From Hormiphora californensis (Eukaryota > Animalia > Ctenophora), in NCBI GenBank assembly GCA_020137815.1, contig CM035353.1:8742001-8806000 (forward strand): DNA of 64,000 nucleotides, given 5' to 3'. The notes below the pieces were generated by a model. The model had not been told where the DNA came from. It was given only the letters and a program-made list of their open reading frames with translations, and did not search any database. The position numbers and the translations under genes were made by a program. Shown piece after piece: positions 23,210-64,000 of the stretch (position 1 is its first letter; each line of letters opens with the position of its first letter).

Positions 23210-23853
23210 AGGCGGCTGTTGTGCAAGGATATCATTGTAAACTCTGCAGCAGTGTGTTTTCTAGGCTTTACACTTGAATATCGGATGATCATATAGCAAC
23301 ATGTAATTGTATGATATATATGGACTGCCAAGTGTTTTTTGAATTTGTGAGTCGGTGGAAGATGCATGAAACTGCTCCATTTATTGTGCTAGAAATGTGA
23401 GATATGAAGGGTTGTGAGTGATTTTAATTCTTTTAACCCTATTACGTGTGTTGGTGTGTGTATTTGTGCATACGATTACGTGTGTGTGTGCAGTGTGCAC
23501 TTTTTAGAGGATCTGCAATACCAGCTTGATATTGTTATACCACGTAATAACTCAGTTTGATCAAAATATCTTGTTTTAGTACCAACTCTCAGTTCAGTGC
23601 CATGATGGCAGGCAACATACTGAACTAAGAGTTTTGTTAATGTCTTCAGTCGATGGGGAGATGAGATGGAGTTCTTGTTATTGATAACCTGTCTGATGCT
23701 GCAGACCCCATCTGAGTGCACTATTAATCACTGAGAAGTGAGAATCAAATTGGGGTCTGGCGCCGCCATACAGTTAATAACTGAACACCTGTTAGTAACA
23801 GCTTGTTATAATTCAAGCCAGAATGAGAGACTCTCAGAGAGAGGTCTGCAATT

Positions 23854-24535
23854 TGGTGACATATAGACACCTGGCGCGACCCCCGCACACAGGTGTCGGC
23901 TCCGCCCCCTAAAAAAGGGTCGTGTCTTTCAAGGCTTTTTGCACGTGATCCACTGGACCGATTTGCATCCGGTTTGTCGCAAAAGACTACAAATTGATCC
24001 TAGTTTACTGGAAAATACCCGAGAAGTTTGTCTGTCAACAGGAAGTGGGTCAAAATTGACACTGAAGTCAAATCTATAATCTGGCTTCCGAACCTTTTTG
24101 CACCACTCCCAGACGGTTTAGAATGAATCTGAGGGTATCAGAAGATATAGGTTAAACTCTTGTGAGTACTGGAAAATACCCGGCATTAATAGCTGATGCT
24201 AATTGCACCAACATATCTCCCAATATCTTCTAAACCGCATGGGCGTATACTGCTAGTAGTGCAGAAACTCTCGGAAGCAAGATTATAGATTTGACTTCAG
24301 TGTCAATTTTGACCCACTTCCTGTTGACAGACAAACTTCTCGGGTATTTTCCAGTTATATATTAGGATCATTTTTAGTCTTTTGCGACAAACCGGATGCA
24401 AATCGGTCCAGTGGATCGCTTGCATCATCCCTTGAAAGAAACGACCCTTTTTGGGGTGGAGCAGACACCTGTGTGTGAGCTCAATCTTGGTCGTGCACGG
24501 TGTCTATGTCACCAAGTCTGCAATAACATGCCATA
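23854..24535. mobile_element. Palindromic ~650-bp MITE (TTGGTGACAT ends)
   Basis: Ends TTGGTGACATATAGACACC / GGTGTCTATGTCACCAA; internal inverted GGAAAATACCCGAGAAGTTTGTCTGTCAACAGGAAGTGGG arms. Confidence 0.8.
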
Positions 24536-24654
24536 CTACTGCAGAAGTTTTCTTTCCTGCGTGTGTTCCCTCGACTTCTGAAATCAGCTGTCAGGCCAAT
24601 AGGGACCCCTAAAAAGTTCAGTGTAAATACTGAACTTTTTTAGGGATCCCTATG

Positions 24655-24903
24655 AGAACAGGGCGGATTACGGGGGCCCGGATGAGACGCCCGTACCAAT
24701 CGCCCATACCAGTCGCCCGTACATTTGCTTTGCGCATTACGTTTCACCACACTTTCATCACAACAAAACACATGCGTGTAACGCGCATGTACCTTATTTG
24801 TGGTGAAAGTGCGATGAAACGTAATGCGCAAAGCAAATGTACGGGCGACTGGTACGGGCGATCTATACGGGCGATCTATTCGAGCCCCCGTAATCCCCCG
24901 TGT
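24655..24903. mobile_element. Short palindromic MITE
   Basis: GGATTACGGGGGCCCG ... CGAGCCCCCGTAATCC inverted ends; a partial copy lies at about 35770-35850. Confidence 0.65.
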
Positions 24904-25158
24904 CAGGCGGGTGACTGGTAACCCCCGGAGTACCGGTGCGCTCTGTACCGATCGGTACAAAGGGCAATCGGTATAAAGGGTACGCACCGGGTCAGGTCAA
25001 TGCTCTGACAGGAAATCAAATGGAAACCAAACCCGTCTCACTCTCAAGCGTACGTCCGGGCCTGAATTGGGCACGTCGTACAATCCCCTGTACGTAGCAC
25101 ACGATCGACGTCGTTGGAAGCTTCGCTGCCAAGCACCTGAGCTGAACGTCGCCAAATA

Positions 25159-26522
25159 CCGTAATCTGGGGTAACTTTGTTTTGCAGGGTAACTTTGGAC
25201 ACTTTCAAAATTTGGCTTTAGTCCAAAATTACCAACAGATAACGGCATATTTGGCATAATTTTTGGGTGTACAAGTAATTGACCCACAAATGTCTAACTA
25301 ACGGTACAGTTATTTTTTCCAAGTCTATGCTAATTAGCTCCTAATTAGGGTCAAACTTAATCGATGTCAAAATCGCTAAAAATGTTCAAATCAAAATGGG
25401 TACCATAGATCTGACCGGGCAAATGATCGAATCAAGTTTGCTCCATAGAGTGGAAGGGTTTCGATCAAATAATTCGGGGCAACATTTTTCAAATCCGACC
25501 AATTACTTTAATTGAGACTAATTGGGGTGGGTAATGTTACCCCACCATATTTTGAATTTTGGGGTAACTTTGGACGGGGTGCCAAAGTTACCCCATACTA
25601 CATGTTTTAACTTTTGATGTCTGCAGAGTTGAATTAAACCCTCTCTGACTTGTTTAGAACCATCTGACCAAGATTTAGCCCGATCCATGCCCATTTTCAT
25701 CGATCTATTCTCTAAGGTAGTGAAAAAACAGAATTAGTTCTACTTTATGGAGCTAAATCATAGAAATCCGCCCTGAAACCCATCAAACTTCAATAATTTG
25801 GGGTCCCTCATCCATTCTGTAGCTTGGTAGATGGTATTGACCCTCTAGGCGAGTCTATTAGTTCTTCTGGACATTCTATGCAGGAACACAGGCACCAAAA
25901 CTCCTTTATTTAGCCAGTACCCATAAGTGTCCGGCCACTTCCTGGCGGTCCAATTCAGTAAAAAGAACTAATACTGCCACCTAGGGGCCCAATACCACCT
26001 ACCAAGCTCCCTCATCCATCATCTATAGAGCGTGGATGAGGGACCCCAAATTATTGAAGTTTGATGTGTTTTAGGACGGTTGTTTGTGATTTAGCTCCAT
26101 AAAATAGACCAAATCCTCGTTTATTCACTACATTTAGTGAGTAGATGGATGAAACGGGTGTGGATTGGGCTGAATCTTGGTCATATGGTCCTAAACAAGT
26201 CAGATAGGGTCTAAGGCAACTCTACAAACGCTCATATCGAAAACCTAAACATTTTATGTTCATTTATTTATCATTGCAAAATGTGTCCAAAGTTACCCCA
26301 CCCTCATTCCAAAGTTACCCCATGCCCTAAAACCCCACTTACACTAAAATACGTGTTAATTAATCTAATTAAATGAGACGGGACCAAAAATTTCACTAGT
26401 TATATCTGGTGTACTGGGTCTGGAACGGGATTATTTGGTTCAAAAATTTTTGAGTGTGGTTCTGGCAAGGAGTTATTTTAGGAGAATGCTAAAAAGTGGT
26501 ACAAAGTTACCCCAACTTACGG
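25159..26522. mobile_element. Non-autonomous pogo/Tc1-like element with TA target site
   Basis: TA|CCGTAATCTGGGGTAACTTTG ... CAAAGTTACCCCAACTTACGG|TA, with multiple internal GGGGTAACTTTG motifs. Confidence 0.8.
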
Positions 26523-27189
26523 TATGTTATGAATTACTTTCAGTTTTTACTCTCCAAGCTTGAGAATCAAATGGGGTATGGCGCCGCCATACAGAGCTTG
26601 GTTAAATGACCAAGTTTGGTCAATGTGTGTGTGACTTGGTCAAAATCTTGCCCACATATTAGGGTGTACGCATACAATATTCAAGGTTCTCAAATCGCTT
26701 TCTCCTTTTGCACACGACAACATATGTATTTTATTTTGTCAGCCCCAAAGTTTCAAGGCGATCGCCCCACCCGATGACGTCATTGCTATGACATGTGACA
26801 TATGGGCTTTTTGTGTGACTTGACCGCTGACCGTCTGAATCAGAATGAGTTTTGGCACAGACGGGCTTGAGAGTCATAGTCATACTGTCTGGCGGCGCCA
26901 GACCCTATTTGGTTCTCAGTGCGCTCAGGCGGCGCCAGACAGGAGTCAGACAGACTATAGACGGAATTTGTATTGGCGACGTTCAGACGTGCTCGAGACG
27001 GGTTTGGTTTCCATCTGAGATTCCGTCTTATTTTGTCCAACTTCGTCTAAACGGGTAGAGACGATTTCAGCCGTGCCGTCTAAATTGTCTGGCGCCGTGA
27101 CCCATCTGAATCAAATGGGGTATGACGCCGCCATACCTGTATGGCTCAGATGGGTCGCGGCGCCAGACAGCGCCATACAGCGTCTAAAC

Positions 27190-27801
27190 TTGGTGACATT
27201 GACATCTAGTGCGTGCGAGATCGAGCTCTTTCAAGCCAAATTGCACGTGATCCACTAGACCGATTTGCATCCGGTTTGTCGCAAAAGACTACAAATTGGT
27301 CCTAGTTTACTGGAAAATACCCGAGAAGTTTGTCTGTCAACAGGAAGTGGGTCAAAATTGACACTGAAGTCAAATCTATAATCTGGCTTCCGAGCCTTTT
27401 TGCACCACTCCCAGACGGTTTAGAATGAATCTGAGGGTATTAGAAGATAGGTTGAACTCTTGTGAGTACTGGAAAATACCCGGCATTAATAGCTGATGCT
27501 AATTGCATCAACATATCTCCCAATATCTTCTAAATCGCATGGGCGTAGTGCAGAAACTCTCGGAAGCCAGATTATAGGTTTGACTTCAGTGTCAATTTTG
27601 ACCCACTTCCTGTTGACAGACAAACTTCTCGGGTATTTTCCAGTATATTAGGATCATTTGTAGTCTTTTGCGACAAACCGGATGCAAATCGGTCCAGTGG
27701 ATCGCGTGCAACATCCCTTGAAAGAAACGACCCTTTTTGAGGCGGAGCAGACACCTGTGTGTGAGCTCAATCTTGGTCGCGCACGGTGTCTATGTCACCA
27801 A
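27190..27801. mobile_element. Second copy of the TTGGTGACAT palindromic MITE
   Basis: Near-identical to 23854-24535. Confidence 0.8.
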
Positions 27802-28546
27802 CGTCTAAACGGGTTCAGACGCACGTCTCAAACCCGTCTGAATCCGTCTAGACGCCGTCTGGAGCAAAACCCATCTAGACGACAATGGAACGGCGTCTCA
27901 GTCTAGACGACGTTTGTGGCAAATGGACATTTGCCCCTTTCTGATAAAGTTTATTGGATTCGGAGGAAAATTGTCAACTGCAGGATCAAGGTTTGACTGC
28001 ACTGGCAGTGGCACATAAGTGGATCAAAAGAAAACGCAGATTTGCGGAAAACAAATGTTTCGCTACACAGAATTGTCAGATCTTCAGTTACTTAGATCAA
28101 AAAAGATCTAAATTTAAAACAGCCAGTTCAAAATATAATTAAAAAGGCGATCGGAATTTCAGGGTAAGCGGTAAATACTCAAAGTCACACGGTTCTTTTA
28201 CCTTGCTCGTCTTCACATTTTTTCGGCAGGACACACCGAATGCTGTTAAAAATATTCTCTCTAATTCTAATAGTCGGACCCTGATTTACCGGGATGCTCT
28301 GGGGAAAGAGTTTTGCCCAGTAAATCGGGGTTCCGGTAAATTGCGTCGGGGCAGTGTCCTGTATGGCGGCGCCATACCCCATTTGATTCTGACAGTGCGC
28401 TCAGATGGGTCGCGGCGCCAGACAGGCAGTGTCCAACTGTAGTGCCAATCATTTCGACGTGCACAGGAGGGTTTTTAACGGGTTTAAGCGCGTTAAAATC
28501 CTCCTGTGCACGTCGCGTCGAAATGATTAGGGAGGACATTTTCAAC

Positions 28547-29180
28547 TTGGTGACATAGACACCGTGCGCGACCAAGATTGAGCTCACACACAGGTGTCTG
28601 CTCCGCCCCAAAAAGGGTCGTTTCTTTGAAGGGATGTTGCACGCGATCCACTGGACCGATTTGCATCCGGTTTGTCGCAAAACACTACAAATGATCCTAA
28701 TATACTGGAAAATACCCGAAAAGTCTGCCTGTCAACAGGAAGTGGGTCAAAATTGACACTGAAGTCAAATCTATATTCTGGCTTCCGAGAGTTTCTGCAC
28801 TACGCCCATGCGATTTAGAAGATATTGGGAGATATGTTGATGCAATTAGCATCAGCTATAAATGCCGGGTATTTTCCAGTACTCACAAGAGTTCAACCTA
28901 TCTTCTGATACCCTCAGATTCATTCTAAACCGTCTGGGAGTGGTGCAAAAAGGCTCGGAAGCCAGATTATAAATTTGACTTCAGTGTCAATTTTGACCCA
29001 CTTCCTGTTGACAGACAAACTTCTCGGGTATTTTCCAGTAAACTAGGATCAATTTGTAGTCTTTTGCGACAAACCGGATGCAAATCGGTCCAGTGGATCA
29101 CGTGCAAAAAGCCTTGAAAGACACGACCCCTTTTTTAGGGGGCGGAGCGGACACCTATGTGCGAACTGCGATCTCGGTCG
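28547..29180. mobile_element. Third (inverted) copy of the TTGGTGACAT palindromic MITE
   Basis: Near-identical arms; a further terminal fragment lies at about 30345-30460. Confidence 0.75.
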
Positions 29181-29377
29181 CTGGGCGATTTAATTTTAAA
29201 ATTTTTATTGGTGTTGTGCTGCCCATTACTCAGCCATTTCTTGACCATGCCAACTACTTGACCAATACTGCTAACATTGACCATATTGTTTTTACCGAAA
29301 ATAATTACACATAAATAAATGTTCTCTATCGACCCTCATACAAACAAGCTGTGAATTAACTCGGTTCTCAAACTGCT

Positions 29378-60751
<31,374 letters not shown>

Positions 60752-60763
60752 CTAAACGAATAA

Positions 60764-60812
<49 letters not shown>

Positions 60813-60814
<2 letters not shown>

Positions 60815-61604
60815 GGGGTGCGACATGTTAATTTTGTTAACTTTGTTAATATTAACATCGAGAAAACAGGTGATTTATTAACAAAATTAACAAAAAGTTA
60901 ACAAACGTTAACAAATGCCATTTATGCCATCTAAATCACCTTTAGCACGTGTTTTTGGTATTTAACACTTGTTATGCGAGCAAAGATGTTCCTTCTGCAC
61001 GATTTACACACCACCACTACCTCTACTACGGCTTTTTTACAGCGATTTGTTCCTCTGTGTAAATTTTAATAAAAACTAGCCAAACTAAACCGCAATTGAA
61101 GTCAATTGACCCTAATCCACTTTTTTTAACCCTAAAAACTAAATAAGACTCATGAATTTACCATAAAACAAAAATATCCCAAAAATCAATTTTTCTAAAA
61201 AAAACACAAGGATTTGTAGCGAAGCAAATTTTCAATTTTTGACCAAAAATTGATTTTGGAAATATTTTGTTTCTTTTTCCGACAGAAACGTTGTACATCA
61301 TCTTCTTTCGTTCAAAGAATCGATTATCAATGAAAAAATCACGTTAAAGTGAGATTTTATACGCTAAATTGAAATATTTGTAACTTTTGGATTTTTATCG
61401 ATTTTGAGCCAAAAAACATGTATGTCGGACTTTGGTTATCGGAAGAGGCCTTGTTTGGGTATATATGTGTTAGAAAAGTCATTAAACTATAAAATTAAAC
61501 AGTCTTTGCTGATTTGTTAACTTTGTTAATTTTGTTAATTAACGTTAATTAACAAAATCGAAAAAAAGAGGTGATTTATTAACAATTAACATGTCGTCCC
61601 CCCC
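60813..61604. mobile_element. Poly-G/poly-C-ended TIR element inserted in (TA)n
   Basis: GGGGGGTGCGACATGTTAATT ... AATTAACATGTCGTCCCCCC; TTTGTTAA subterminal repeats. Confidence 0.8.
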
Positions 61605-61632
61605 ATATATATATATATTAATATTATATATA

Positions 61633-62491
61633 CAGTCGGACCCCGATTTAGTGGCATCCTCGGGGGAAAAAAATCCTGCCACTAAATCGGGGTGCCACTA
61701 AATCGAGGTGAGCCATATTTGGCCCATAAAAACCTATTTTATGCCCAAAATGCTATACTAAAACTAAAGACACCTCTAACTGTTATATGCAATATTCATG
61801 TATTGATGGCATGATCATTTCTGATTAGAAATAGAAAACTATGAAATAATTTTTTCAAAAAAAGTGTGAAAAATTTTCCAAGTTATACCGGCCCGTTCGA
61901 TTTGTGTTTCGAATCGGTACAGCTTACTGGATGTCTTGTATAATTAGCGGGTTCGAAACGAACCGATACGTGATACCATGCCGAATTGGGGCATCCTAAT
62001 CGGGTGAGGAAGTATCAAAATTTCAAAATAACTTTTTCTCTCAAAATTTATGGGGAGCACCGATCAAAGCATTGACAATCTTACTGTAAAATTTCGCAAA
62101 AAAAGTTTTAGAATTTTTTAAAGGTATACCAGCCACGTCCGAATCCTGTTTCGAATCGGTGAATCTTATCGCAATCCTGCTGCTAATTAGACGGTTCGGA
62201 ACGAATCGAAACGTGATCCCCATCGAATCGAAATTTTGACGCTTGGTGAACTTTTGATTCAATGGCCCCATGGGGATCACGTATCGGTTTGTTCCGAACC
62301 GTCTAATTAGCAGCAGGACATGCGATAAGATTCACTGATTCGAAACACGTGGCTGGTGTTACTTTGAAACATTTTCAAAAAAATTTCAAAAAAATCTCAC
62401 AAAAAATTCAAAAAAATTTTTGGGGGAAAAAATCCTGCCACTAAATCGGGGTGCCACTAAATCGGGGGCCACTAAATCGGGGTCCGACTGT
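61633..62491. mobile_element. Long member of the CAGTCGGACCCCGATTTA MITE family
   Basis: Perfect terminal inverted repeats flanked by TA. Confidence 0.85.
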
Positions 62492-62509
62492 ATAACCCTT
62501 ATATAATTG

Positions 62510-64000
62510 AGATTGAGATACCGACGCGACGAAGAGAATAACAGTTCATACTACTCCTGAACGGTACCCGCCCTCCCTGCCGACGGGTCGGCAGGGAGGT
62601 CATTCGGCAGGGAGGGCGGGATATAGGGGTATAATGTCCTACGTGCCGACGAGATTGGGATGAGATCGCCGTCGGCACGTAGAACATTTGACGGTACCCG
62701 CCCTCCCTGCCGACGGACCTCCCTGCCGACGGGTCGGCAGGGAGGTCATTCGGCAGGGAGGGCGGGATATAGGGGTATAATGTCCTACGTGCCGACGAGA
62801 TTGGGATGAGATCGCCGTCGGCACGTAGGACATTTGACCCCTATATTCCGCCCTCCCTGCCGAAAACTCACTCCGAGAGAGTATTCGGCAGGGAGGACAT
62901 TTACCCCTCCTATTCACCCTCTGTACCGACGATCGGCAGGGAGGATATTTCACCCCTCCTTTTACCCTCTGTACCGACGATCGGTAGGGAGGGCGTTTCA
63001 CTCCTTCTGTGAGCTCGAGAATTTGGCCGGCAGGCCAAATACGAAGAGTTCACTGTGTATTGTTCCTCTGAGTATCGTTAGGGTCCTAACCATCGTTTAT
63101 CCTACCAACGGATTTTTCGATAGAACCTCCCGATGTCCTACCAGGGTTGGTTATGATCAAAATTGGTAGGATATCGTACCAAATTTTCGTAATTGACCCA
63201 ATTCCCGATGTTAGTGCTAATTGAGGTAAAAATTATTTTTGATGATATTTGGTGTGCTGATAGAGCAAACGAATATCTTCATTTCTATGAAAAAAATTTT
63301 TTGTTTGCAACTTGGCAAGTTACCTTAACCTTTATCAACCATTAGATGGGTTTTTGAAGGTTTTTGCCAATTAAATCAATTAGCATAGTGAGAGAAAAAA
63401 ATCATATTGGCCTAACCTGACTATTTTTTTGTGCTCTTTCTGATGGTGCTTGAATTTAAAGATTTTTTGGAAATAATTTGCTCTCAACTTTCGTTTTTCA
63501 GGTAAGGTATAGCTAAGTGTACCAGCTTTACTCAATTTACAATTGATAGATCTGGTCATAATTAATTTCGATTTCTCGAACATTTAATGATTTCAGGTGA
63601 CTCAGTTTATCGATTGGAACAGTTTGTAAACTTTTTTTTTCGAAAAACGGTTTTTTAACTTAAGTTTTTACTTAACTTAATTTTGCTTCAAATATGTTAA
63701 GCTAAACACTAACAATAGCACTCTCTTTGAGAAATAGAACCAACCGATATCCTTGTAGGGTCAATTTTATCCTTCCACCAGTGCTCCTAACCTAATTACG
63801 ATATCCTACCAGTGGTTATAACCTGATTACGATATCCTACCAGTGGTTATAACCTGATTACGATATCCTACCAGTGGTTATAACCTCTTGGTAGGAAATC
63901 GGTGACACTGGAAGGAACATGTCATAGAGGCAGGAAATCATCCCTAGCGGTAAAATAAGTGATATAATACGATATCCTACCAGCGTCACTGATATCCTTG
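62510..64000. repeat. Repeat-rich, probably transposon-derived sequence (CCCTCCCTGCCGA and GATATCCTACCAGTGG motifs)
   Basis: Direct duplication about 62560-62690 / 62720-62840; 30-bp tandem repeat about 63795-63885. Confidence 0.6.

Overview
AT-rich, intron-containing animal genomic DNA. It is most likely a ctenophore, inferred from a ctenophore-type amidated neuropeptide precursor, a nested intronic gene and acceptors directly before start codons. Genes reconstructed by hand from splice signals and exon phases: (1) the 3' exons of a rhodopsin-class GPCR (+, 1273-2175); (2) a minus-strand gene (14704-2987) encoding a long low-complexity N-terminus, CAP-Gly, IQ and a KY/Cyk3-type transglutaminase-like domain with Cys-His-Glu at the triad positions; (3) two copies of a 67-aa two-exon neuropeptide precursor (+, 21106 and 22894) that the ORF track misses; (4) a large, 5'-partial, minus-strand UBR5-like HECT E3 ligase gene (>60751-29378) that appears to carry an RRM; (5) a secreted lectin/CBM-like gene (+, 53727-~54981) nested in one of its introns. 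Introns are packed with MITEs, kb-scale foldback elements, LINE fragments and SINE/tRNA-like pieces. The most striking pattern is that at least ten unrelated minisatellites are tandem copies of the host gene's own exon/intron junctions, so true splice sites sit beside 1 to ~33 near-perfect decoy copies. Two stretches (about 17.7-19.4 kb and 21.85-22.6 kb) look like unpolished, error-rich sequence.
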